A DNA stretch of 20,000 nt. It comes from Chiloscyllium plagiosum. Its lineage: Eukaryota. Made by a program: the position numbers and the translations under genes. Shown piece by piece: positions 1-10,313 of this stretch. Numbering within the stretch: position 1 is the stretch's first letter; the number at the start of each line of letters is the position of its first letter. Where the stretch lies: NCBI RefSeq assembly GCF_004010195.1, contig NC_057719.1, positions 84,969,105-84,989,104 on the forward strand, given 5' to 3'. The notes under the pieces were generated by a model. That model made no database searches, was not told where the DNA came from, and saw only the letters and a program-made list of their open reading frames with translations.

Positions 1-45
1 CCTGTTCTGTGCTGTATTGTTCTATGTTCTATGTTCTATGTTCTA
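1..45 (+). repeat. 3' tail of a CR1 LINE with (TTCTATG)n microsatellite
   Basis: cctgttctgtgctgtattg followed by tandem ttctatg units, the typical CR1 3' terminus. The element body would lie left of the window. Confidence 0.7.
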
Positions 46-1574
46 ATTGTCTGCTCCCTCTGCCCATTTGCTCAGTAAGGGAATTAACTCACTTTGTGGG
101 GGACCTATGAAATAGAATCCCATTGAACGAACCTCTGAGAAAACATGGCAACACGGTGTCCTTCAACTCAACAAACAGCATGTGCTTCTGCAGTTTGTTA
201 AACTGTGAGAACTCCTTAGTCCACACAACTGCCTGTTATTAGATTCACAATCCATTACAAAGATGGAGAGAGTTAGATACATTTCCACACTGAAGTAGTA
301 TTCACTGGACAACTATGGTGGAGCTGGCTTGAAATACTTCAGAAAAATTCTCTCAAGTGGTATTTATCAATCTACATCTTGTGGACAAAAAGGCTGTCAC
401 TTTATGTCATACTACACAGATTAGTTCATCAATCATCTAGAAAATTAACTGATTTGTTACATAAGACACATTTCAACCACTTTGGTATGGTGAAAGATGT
501 CAGTTGGATTGTCCCATGGATGAAGGACTCATAGCTTCCATTGTGATGGGTACTGATTTGTCTCACAGAAACTTGCAAAATATTATGTTCACCTTTTGTG
601 AATATTTCTAATGTGTGTCAGTCTTGTGAAAATGATATGCGTCACCTACTGATGCGATGTGCAAACCTATCCTGACAGACATTTAGTTCTGTACACAATC
701 TAGATTTCAAGTATTCCTATACTCGCATGATGTAAAATTATTTGAATAAAAAGTTGCGAGAGAGCAAACTTATCTTCAAATGCTATGTGGAAAAGATGAA
801 CATATTGTGGCTATTTTTCCACTGGATTTTAGATCTATTTGACTATAAAAAAAGCAAAATAAATAATTTAGTTTTACATGTATCACCTCTTCTGTGACTT
901 TTCTCAAGGCCAATATTCAGGTCACTGATGATTAGGTTCCTAGAGGAATGACAACTTTTGTGTTTTTTTAAGCTGTAAAAGTGAAGTTTGATATCTTCTT
1001 ATACTTTGCACTATTCCTTCTTACCCTCACATCCACAACTTGTCATCAATCCCAAGACTATGTTTTATCCCTGGTACAGGAAGCTTTGTGAGAAAACATC
1101 TGTGGTATATACCAATGCAACCACCTGCATTTCAGAGAATAGAATCAAGATAAATATTTTGAATAATTCCTGCCTGTCAAGGAAATGTTTCATGAGATCT
1201 AGCGATTTACGCTCCCAGTCTTGAAATCGATGGAACAGTTTGGGAATACACAGGACAATCTTCACAGTTTGTGCTGCAAGTGGGAATCCTGACTGTGAGT
1301 CATGTATTTTAGGAAATTATTGAAGCACCAATCCCCATTTTACAGACGTTAAAACTAATTGTTGGAAAACTGCACATTCTGCCCATGGATTCCAAACATG
1401 GAGCAATAGGAGGATCTCCAGTTATGTTTGAACTCCAGTTCAGAGGGGAGGACTTCATATGGAGGACCTGTACTTGCCCATGCACCATGTTTTTGCCTCC
1501 AGTCCCGCAATCAAATGATTTGAAATAATAAAAGGAATAAGTTCTTGTTCAAAACAAACATATATCCACAAAAA

Positions 1575-1656
1575 GATCAGCATGATCTTATTGAATGGTG
1601 GAGCAGGCTTGAAGGGCCAGATGGCCTAGTCCTGCTCCCAGTTCTTACGATCTTAT
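1575..1656 (+). mobile_element. CR1 LINE 3' UTR fragment
   Basis: gatcagcatgatcttattgaatggtggagcaggcttgaagggccagatggcctagtcctgctc aligns by eye with the CR1 3' end at 4718-4790. Confidence 0.8.
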
Positions 1657-3780
1657 AAACCACATGAGCATACTACATATTTAAATTTCACAAGCATTTG
1701 CTGCCCTGTCTATTTCAAGTTGAAAAGAATTTGAAGAATTTTGAATGTAGAGTGTTCTCAGAGTATTCATGTAATTTTATACATATCTATTGAGACTTTT
1801 CTCACAGGATAAGCAAAGGGCAAAGAGCAAATAAGGACATAGGGTGATCTGAAACACTGAGGATTAAAAGACAGAAAGAATGGCCCACAGAGAACGAGGA
1901 ACAAAAATATGGACAGCTGGTCAGATTCCAAGTGGAGAGTGAGTGATGCAAGTTCAATAGCCTTTCCAAGAAGGAGTCCAGGAAGTGAATAATTGGAAAA
2001 TTTTGGATGCCCAAGGGGGAGAAAGACAAACTGTAGTGGGTTCAGTGGATTGAAAATATGTTGTTAGGCCTTACAGAGAAAGAAGGAACAACTTGCATAC
2101 ATACTGGGTCTTAAAATTATGTATTTGTCTTCCAAAGATTAGTGAGTCAATTGGCGGAGAACTGCAAACGCAGCTGAGGAAGAATTCAACATTCTCATTC
2201 CCTGTAAGTGTTGTGGGGTATAGTGAATATCAACCAATGCCAAAACTGGTCATTAAGATTTGTTTCCCTTCACAATATCTGTTTGGTTGCTTTATGCACT
2301 CGAAACACTGAAAAGTTTTAAAGCTGATGTTTCAAAATCATACCGAATCAGTCCAAAATAGCCAAAAAATATTAAAATTGGAAATAGATGCTACAATTCA
2401 AAGGAATATTTGTTAGACAGTTGAAGATGATTTGCAGCCTTCCACTCCCTCCACAGTGACAGTCATTTTACAGTAATGAGTCCTATTGGATCTTTGTAAG
2501 ATTGGTGGGCTAACCATGGTTATGACTATATACACAAAGGAAACTGTGAGTTCACACTGCTTCTTGCTAGGTTATAATAAAGTTATTTGCAGTAATTTAT
2601 ATATAAGATCTGTGTGTGTGTATTGGGATCATGCAAAACAAAATTGCACAGAAGTGAAATGCAAAATTTGCATGAATGTTTGGTCATGTACTTCATCTCA
2701 AACGATCAGCATTTTTGATGGTTGTCAAGTTATATATCATTCGTGATTATTTAACACTGAAAGTGTAACATTCCAAAATGACCATTTTTCCATTGGATAA
2801 TGATAGGATTAATTTATGTTGCTGATACATCAGTAGTAGAATTTCTCATTCAATGTGGCATATTCCTGTCAGTCCTGCTGCTAAATCATTTTGTTGCAGT
2901 CACAAAATCTAACATAGTACACAGATTCTACACATTGAGGGGAGGGATGGAGCAGAATGTTACAAGTTCCCTTGTTGGTGGCATTCCTAACATTAAAACC
3001 TTTCAGTCCTTTAAAACCTAGTAAATGGCCCAAATGTTTCTGCAGACATTTTGAGGTGTCAAGTCAGTTTTAAACTTAAAACAATCAACAAATTCTCGTT
3101 ACACCAGGTTCCCTAAAAGTTCTATTTTCTTGTTTTATGCAGAAGAGCCCTGACCTTTGTATTTATCTGACTATGCTCTACAGAGAAAACAATCTGTGTC
3201 TGAGGCTATTTTATTTGCCAACACGACACTTGTCATTCATTGTAAATGAAAACAGTGCCTTTGTTGGGTAAAGCGACAGTACTAAGTTACTTGGTTACTT
3301 GCTTAACTTGCAGACATTATACTTGAATTGCTGTGAAGAACACACACGTAAACTTGCTTGGATGTTTACATAAAGATTCTTCACTGTGCCTTATTTCAAA
3401 TATATTTTAACTATAAATGGAGATATTTCTCCCAGGTCAAACGTAATAGTCATTGAAAATTATTGGCTTCTTCATCACGAAGCTAGAGCAGATTGCCACT
3501 GCACTGCATTACCAACTTACTGCACTATCAAAAAAAGTTATAAAATGGTAACAAATCAATCTCACACCTAAGTTAAATCTAAATATTATAGCTAATGAGG
3601 TGAAGATGATAGTTTCTATGTGCATTGCAGAAATACACATCTCTCTCTGTACTACCATCTTGAAGCCATTGATTTAGGTGTTCCAGGAATTCCTTTCCAT
3701 AACTGCCTTTCACAATCTTCACAAATGCATTGAGGCAGTAAAAGCTGGCCAATCAAGGTCAAATTTTAAAAAACAAACTT

Positions 3781-3878
3781 TCATAGGATGTAGGCATAAT
3801 GGGCAAGGTCAGCATTTGTTGTCAGTCCCTGATTAACCTTCAACAAAGGGGCCAGCTTGCCTATTTCAGAGAACAAAA
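3781..3878 (-). mobile_element. 3' part of a tRNA-derived SINE (SacSINE1/DeuSINE-like), split by a CR1 insertion
   Basis: The tail is similar to the LINE tail at 9470-9535 and is collinear with the SINE 5' part at 4795-5010 once the CR1 is removed. The family name is from recall. Confidence 0.6.
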
Positions 3879-4794
3879 TTAGTGAGCAAAATTAGGGCGC
3901 ATGGTATTGGGGGCAAAGTACTGGCTTGGATTGAAAATTGGTTGGCTGACAGGAAACAAAGACTAGTGATAAACGGCTCCCTTTCGGAATGGCAGGCAGT
4001 GACCAGTGGGGTACTGCAGGGATCAGTGCTGGGACAGCAGCTTTTTACAATATATATTAATTATATAGAAGATGGTATTAATAGTAACATTAGCAAATTT
4101 GCTGATGATACAAAGCTGGGTGGCAGGGTGAAATGTGAGGAGGATGTCAGGAGATTACAGGGTGGCCTTCATAACGAGGGATTGAGTATAGAAGCAAAGA
4201 GGTTCTTCTGCAGCTGTACAGGGCCCTGGTGAGACCGCACCTGAAATATTGTGTGCAGTTCTCGTCTCCAAATTTGAGGAAAGACATTCTGGCTATTGAG
4301 GGAGTGCAGCGTAGGTTCACGAGGTCAATTCCTGGAATGGTGGGACTATTTTATGTTGAAAGATTGGAGGGACTGGGCTTGTACACCCTTGAGTTTAGAA
4401 GACTGAGAGGGGATCTGATTGAGATGTATAAGATTATTAAAGGATTGGACACTCTGCAGGCAGGAAACATGTTACCGCTGATAGGTGAGTCCCGAACCAG
4501 AGGACACAGCTTAAAAATAAGGGGTAGGCCATTTAGGACAGAGATGAGGAGAAACTTCTTCACACAGAGAGTGGTGGGTGTGTGGAATGCTCTGCCCCAG
4601 AAGGCAGTGGAAGCCGAGTCTCTGGACTCGTTTAAGAAAGAGTTGGATAGAGCTCTCAAGGATAGTGGAATCAAGGGTTATGGAGATAAGGCAGGAACAG
4701 GATATTGTATTGAGGATGATTAGCCATGATCATAATGAATGGTAGTGCAGGCTCGAAGGGCAGAATGGCCTACTCCTGCATTTATTGTCTATTA
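3879..4794 (+). mobile_element. 5'-truncated CR1 LINE (RT C-terminal half + 3' UTR) with an internal deletion
   Basis: ORFs 3882-4232 (SGVLQGSVLG, KFADDTKL) and 4229-4723 (RPHLKYCVQF, VQRRFTR, RTRGHSLK, WNALP) are CR1 ORF2 motifs. A CR1 3' UTR ends at tattgtctatt. Confidence 0.95.
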
Positions 4795-5010
4795 ACACCC
4801 ACATTGCTATCAGTTTAGAGTCACATGCAGGCCAGACAATGTAATAGTGGCAGATTCTTTTCCGAAAAGGTAAGTTTTTAATTCAGATTTTTAATCGAAT
4901 TTAAACTCCAGCAGGTGATTTGGTGGTATTTGAATCAGTGTCTTTATAGCATTAGCCTGGGCCACCAGATTATGAACCCAGTGACATTACCGTTATGCCA
5001 TTACTTCCCC
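4795..5010 (-). mobile_element. 5' part of a tRNA-derived SINE (SacSINE1/DeuSINE-like)
   Basis: Minus-strand Pol III A box TGGCATAACGG (4990-5000) and B-box-like GATTCAAATAC (4926-4936), followed by the body ...ggaaaagaatctgcc...gtctggcctgcatgtgactc...gcaatgtgg. Confidence 0.7.
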
Positions 5011-5938
5011 ACGTCTGATCCTGACCCTCTTCTCAACAGTTCATACATATTTACACATTCTGTGCTGATTAATTGAGTAAATATTGAGAAATTCCTCCTC
5101 TCTTTAGGCCAGGATGTTGAAGGCCATCTGAGGCATTGTCACTGATGCTGGCTCTGAACTTGGTTAATGACAACATAGAGTGAGAATCCAACCTGGGTTG
5201 CTTTGCTCTGAATGATCATTATACATTCACTTTGCCAAATGAGCAATGGGCAACTTCCATCTCTAAATATTTTTATGACCTCATTGCTCAGTCTCGGACA
5301 GCATCTTTCATCATGGTTCTAAATAATCAGTTTGTTAGTCACAAAGGTACAGAAGCACTATAAAAGTGTTGAGGCAAATGCACAATAACAGTACAAAGTT
5401 TCAGTCACAGAGTCTTCTGAAACACCAGTTTTGTGGTGCTGGAAACTTTTATGCTGCATTACTTTAAAAAAAGGACAATGTCTTTCTTACAGCTGTGCAT
5501 ATACCTCTTGTATGCTTATCAAAATAAATTGAAGGATTCAACCTTAAAATGAGCTCCTATGGAGCTCTTGTTGGAAGAATGTGAATAGGAGCCATGAAAA
5601 ATAAGATTTCTTTTACATACAGGAGAGAAGCCAGTCACTTCGCACAGCATAGGAAGTCTCAGCTGCCAAAAGAAATTAAAATTGTCAACTCTTTGACATC
5701 CAATACCTATCCCCTGTATTGTAAGGGTTTGAGAAAAGGGTCCCTTTGTGACTTGAAGAACATTCTCAACTTCTGACCATCAAGTTGACATGATTTATGA
5801 TATTTTGTGATACTTCAGAGACAGAATAAAATACCAGAATAACAGGATAGGTTGGATTCAAAGTTCTTTACATAACACAAGGACAATTCTGCAGTGGAAC
5901 AAAGACCTTCTAAGCTCCTATGTTTAACAGGACAGTGT

Positions 5939-5998
5939 TTAGCTTCTTAGGCGGAGGACATTTTGCATTTCTTGTAGTTCACTTTCGGCATTTGTGTC
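5939..5998 (-). CDS. RMDN3: RMDN-family terminal coding exon: DTNAESELQEMQNVLRLRS-stop (3' UTR continues to lower coordinates)
   Basis: Strong acceptor ctgttctttctcttcatctag|GAC, then 19 codons and TAA. It completes the conserved KE|D junction, and the C-terminal helix length is as expected for RMDN2/3. Confidence 0.8.
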   Translation of the reverse strand, partial: DTNAESELQEMQNVLRLRS

Positions 5999-7178
5999 CT
6001 AGATGAAGAGAAAGAACAGAACTGTAATATCTGGAAACATGCAACTTTTGCATTAGAGAAACAGGAGCCTGAGAAACTCAAAGACCACTTAATTATAGCC
6101 AGTGGGCAGGAGAAAACAACAGTGGGCAAAGAGGGCTTCAGGGACAGAATATCGGAAGGCAATGTCAACCGACCACCATTATCAACCCCTTCTTCACCCT
6201 CACATTTCAATTGATTGTATGGGTGGAATATCAGAACAACCAGAGTCAGAGTTTCTGAATGACAGAAGAACTACAGAGTAAGTTGACAGTACAATGAAGG
6301 AGAGAATGTATATGAAACATATCGCAGGTTAATCGTACATGTGAGAACCAGGCTAAATGTAGGAAGTTCAAAGAGGCGGTGGACAAGAAAATGAGATGAG
6401 AGAGGGTGCAGTAAGATGTAGTGCCTGTTTAATTATAATATTATACAATTAATAATTGGACCTTTCAAAATGGATCACAGCAACTCACAAAATGGCTCTC
6501 AAAAGTCACATGATTACCCTTGAGGATTGAGCTGGCACTGAGGCAAGACTACTAATCTCAGGAAGAAATCATAAGAGACCTTGTTGAAATTCAAAAAAAC
6601 CAACTAAACAGAAACTTCCAGACAAAGGTTTATCTGGAGGTGTGAGCAGCTCATCCTAGCTCACTGCAACTTGCCAATAAGAACTACCTAAATTGAAGGA
6701 TGAGACAGTTAAGAACTAATTAGCTTGATAAGATGACAATAGGTGGTACTACAACCCAGACCAAAGCAACTCAGCAGATAATATGGAAGCATGATGTGTC
6801 AGTTTTAGGACAGCAGCCATCTTAAGTTTAATTTGTATGAAAATCTGAGAGACTCTATTTTAAAATAAAACCTGTCACATTTGAAGATGGTTCTGGTTTG
6901 TTGGAGGTAAGTCATTTCAGCTCCATGTAATTCTGCAGGAGTTCCTCAGAGTAGTGCGCTAGGCCCAAACATCTTCAACTGCTTCATCAATGACTTTCCC
7001 TTCATCATAAGGTGAGAAGTGGGGATGTTCACTGATGATTGCACAATGTTCAGCACCATTTGTGACTCCCTCAGATACTGAAGCAGTCCATGTCCAAATG
7101 CAACAAGATCTGGACAATATCCAAGCTTGGGCTGACAAATGACAATTAACATTTGCGCCACACAAATGCCAGACAATG

Positions 7179-8268
7179 GGGAGAAAGGAACGAGAACCAT
7201 ACTCCTAGACCAACAAGCCATGAACATTTCAAATGGTTTCCTCCTTCAAAGATTGCAATTTCCCCTCCCATGTGGTTGACGATGCCCTTCAGCATAACTC
7301 TTCCATTTCCCACACCTCCCAATGCAATAAGGACAGAACCCCCCCTGGTCCTCACCTTCCACCCCACTAACCTCCGTATACATTGCATTCATCCTCCACC
7401 ACTTCCACCATCTCCATACAAACTCCACCACTACTATTATATTTCCCTCCCCACCCCTATCAGTATTTTGGAGAGACCATTCCCTCTGCGACTCCCTTGT
7501 CAGATCCATGCCTCCCACCCCCCGCCAACATCAGCCCACACCCAACTCCCGGCACCTTCATCTGCCACCGCAAGAATTGCAAAACCTGTGCCCACACCTC
7601 CACCCTCACCTCCATCCAAGGCCCCAAAGGAAATTTCCACATCCGACAGAAATCTACCTGTACTTCCACAAATGCCATGCACTGTATCCGTTACCGATGT
7701 GGTCTCCTCTACATTGGGGAGACAGGTTGCCAACTTGCGGATTGTTTCAGAGAACATCTCTGGGATACCGTCACCAACCAACTCCACCGCCCTGTGGCCA
7801 AATACTTTAACTCATCCTCCCATTCCACCAAGGACATGCAGCATGTGCTGGGTCTCCTTCGTCACCAAACCCTAACCACCCGATGCCTGGAGGAAGAATG
7901 CCTCATCTTCTGCCCTGGGACACTGCAACCACACAGGATCAATGTAGATTTCACCAGTTTTCTCATCTCCCCTCCCCCCACCTTATCCCGGTCCCAAGCC
8001 TCCAACTCGGCACCGCCCTCTTGACCTCTCCATTGTCTTTCCCCTCTATCCGCCCCACCCTTCTTGCCTACCTATCATCTGCTCTCCCACCTTCATCTAC
8101 CTATTGCATTCTCAGCTACCTTGCCCCAGCCCCACCCTCCTCCCATTTATCTCTCAGCCCCCGGCCCACAAGCCTCATTCCTGATGAAAGGCTCATGCCC
8201 AAAATGTCGATTCTCCTGCTCCTTGGATGCTACCTGACCTGCTGTGCTTTTCTAGCACCATACTCTCG
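7179..8268 (+). mobile_element. Penelope-like retroelement (Neptune-type), 5'-truncated, with a degenerate GIY-YIG endonuclease and 3' pLTR region
   Basis: ORF 7383-8024 has a CxxxxCxxC linker (CHRKNCKTC), then CGLLYIGETG..LADCFREH, VAKYFN, EECLIF..GTLQP..IN: the Penelope GIY-YIG signature. It is flanked by a 17-bp direct repeat. Confidence 0.9.
8176..8215 (+). ncRNA. Degenerate minimal hammerhead-ribozyme motif in the Penelope 3' end
   Basis: CTGATGA (8181-8187), stem II aggc-tcat-gccc, then AAAATGTC where an intact core would read GAAACGTC (two CpG-type transitions). Confidence 0.55.
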
Positions 8269-8309
8269 ACAAATGCCAGACAATGTCCATCTCCAAACAA
8301 TCAAACAAT

Positions 8310-8525
8310 CACGTGAACTGTAGCTACTCAAGAAGACAGCTCACCACCAACACCTTCTCAAAGGCAACAAGAGTTGGGCAATAAATGCTGGCCAGCCAGC
8401 AAGACCTAGGCCCCACAAATGAATTTTTAAAAAAGAATACCTCACATCAACCTACTTCTACCACTAGATGGAGGCAAATAAAACTTGAGGAGAGTGTAAT
8501 TTTAAACACAAACAGAAATTGCTGG
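8310..8525 (+). repeat. 216-bp direct repeat, copy 1 (copy 2 at 9111-9326)
   Basis: Ungapped alignment at offset 801, with about 5 mismatches counted by eye. Confidence 0.95.
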
Positions 8526-9110
8526 CATTCATTGACATTCATTGTGTTACCATCACTTAATCACTCATTATCAACATACCTGGAGGTTATCATTGATCAG
8601 AAACACACCACGTTAACACAGTGGCTACAAGAGCAGAACAGAGGCAAGGAATACGGAGATGAGTAACTCACCTCCTGACTCTCCAAAGCCAGTCCACCAT
8701 CTACAAAGCACAAGTCAAGAATGTGATGGAATACTTCCCACTTAGCTGGCTGGGTGCAGCACAACAATACTCAAGAAATTTGACACCATCCAAGATAAAG
8801 CAGCCTGCTTGATTTGGCACCATGTCTGCAAGCATCCACACCCTCCACCACCAAAGCTCAGTTAAGAGCAATGTGAACTATCAACAAGATACACTGCAGA
8901 AATTCACCAAAGATCCTCAGACAGCACCTTCCAAATACACAACCACTTCCTTCTAGAAGGACAAGGGCAGCAGATACATGAGAATACCACCACCTGAAAG
9001 TTCCCCTCCAAGCCACTCACCATCCTGACTTGGAAAGCTATCAATGTTCCTTCATTGCCACTGGGTCAAAATCCTGGCCCTCCCTAATAGCATTGTAGGT
9101 CTACATACAA

Positions 9111-9326
9111 CATGTGAACTGTAGCTGCTCAAGAAGACAGCTCACTACCAACACCTTCTCAAAGGCAACAAGAGTTGGGCAATAAATGCTGGCCAGCCAG
9201 CAAGACCTAGGCCCCACAAATGAATTTTTAAAAAAGAATGCCTCACAGCAACCTACTTCTACCACTAGATGGAGGCAAATAAAACTTGAGGAGAGTGTAA
9301 TTTTAAACACAAACAGAAATTGCTGG
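9111..9326 (+). repeat. 216-bp direct repeat, copy 2 (probable donor)
   Basis: Continuous with LINE sequence upstream and with the hairpin element downstream, unlike copy 1. Confidence 0.95.
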
Positions 9327-9457
9327 AAAAGCTCAGCAGGTCTGGCAGTATCTCTGAAGGGTCACTAGACATTAACTTTGCTTTCTTTCCACAGATGATG
9401 TCAGACCTGCTGAGTTTTTCCAGCAATTTCTGTCCGTGTTTCTGATTTCCAGAATCT
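9305..9457. repeat. Short palindromic (fold-back) element related to the Penelope terminus
   Basis: Arms 9305-9353 and 9393-9441 are reverse complements (about 43/49). The right arm gatgatgtcagacctgctgagtttttccagca resembles gatgctacctgacctgctgtgcttttctagca at the Penelope end (8226-8257). Confidence 0.85.
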
Positions 9458-10313
9458 TTCTTTTTTATTGATTTGTGGGATGTGGGTATTGCTGGCTGGC
9501 CAGCATTGATAGCCCATTTCTATTTGCCCTTGAGAAGGTGATGGTGCCTTCTTGAATCGCTGCAGTCCACTTGCTGTGGGTTGACCCACAATGCCATTAG
9601 GGAGGGAATTCCAGAATTTTGACCAATTACTGTGAAGGAACAACGGTATATTTCAAGTCAGGTGGTGCATGACTTGTAGGGGAACTTGCAGGTGGTGGTC
9701 TTTCCAAATACCTGTTGCCCTTGTCCTAATAGGTGGAAGTGGTTGTGGGTTTAGAAGGCGCATCTTGTAGATAATACACATCGCTGCTACTGAGCTACCA
9801 ATGGTGAAGGGATCAAATGTTTGTAGATGTGGTGTCAATCAAGTGCGTTGCTTTGTCCTGGATGGTGTCAAGCTTCATGAGTGTTGTTGGAGCTGCACCC
9901 ATCCAGGCAAGTGGGGAGTATTTCATCACACTTGTGGCTTGTAGATGTTGGATAGACTTTGGGGTGTCAGGAAGTGAGTTACTCACTGCAGTATCCCTCG
10001 TCTATGACCTGCTCTTGTAGCCACTATGTTTATGTGGCGAGTTCAGATGAGTTTCTGGTCATTGGTAACCCCAAGGACGTTGACAGTGGGGGATTCAATG
10101 ATGGTAATATCATTGAATGTCAAAGGGTGGTGTTGAGAGTGTCTCTTAATGGTGATGGTCATTGTCTGGCATTTGTGTGGTGTGAATGTTACTTGCCACT
10201 TGTCAGCCCAAGCCTGGATATTGTCCAGATCTTGTTGCTTTTGAGCATGGTCTGCTTCAGTATCTGAGGAGTCGTGAATGGTGCTGAACACTGTGCAACA
10301 CTTCTGATCTTAT
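9458..10313 (-). mobile_element. 5'-truncated non-LTR retrotransposon, same family as 6875-9240
   Basis: Minus ORFs 10043-10291 (QQDLDNIQAWADKWQVTF..HKCQ, VLGVT.DQKL), 9653-9838 and 9401-9643 (SKFWNSLP), with an A-rich tail at about 9458-9469. Confidence 0.9.

Larger units (their letters stand above)
6875..9240 (+). mobile_element. 5'-truncated non-LTR retrotransposon (CR1/L2/Crack group), interrupted by a Penelope element and a 216-bp duplicated segment
   Basis: RT motifs GVPQSSALGPNIFNCFINDFP, MFTDDCT and QQDLDNIQAWADK lie at 6940-7178. The element resumes at 8286 and again at 8526 (STIYKAQV, DTIQDKAA) and ends in gggcaataaatgctggcc plus an A-rich tail. It is homologous to the minus copy at 9458-10313. 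Confidence 0.85.

Noticed and set aside
988..3571. Several 60-90 aa ORFs
   Set aside because: No recognisable domains, many non-ATG starts, and typical of chance ORFs in AT-rich DNA.
3870..4800. Target-site duplication around the CR1
   Set aside because: Only a 4-nt ATTA overlap, which could be chance or microhomology.
5947..6210. 87-aa minus ORF overlapping the terminal exon
   Set aside because: It is in a different frame from the spliced RMDN exon, and the upstream part is intronic.
6040..6420. Purine-rich stretch, possibly an old L2 remnant (similar at 1800-2080)
   Set aside because: Too degenerate to support by eye.
7153..8323. Overlapping proline/histidine-rich ORFs (240, 100 and 146 aa) and glycine-rich antisense ORFs
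   Set aside because: These are alternate frames of the C-rich Penelope element. Only short frameshifted pieces and the 7383-8024 frame carry real motifs.
8385..9368. Two near-identical ORFs MLASQQDLGPTNEFLKK...
   Set aside because: A by-product of the 216-bp duplication of a LINE tail plus flank, not a gene pair.
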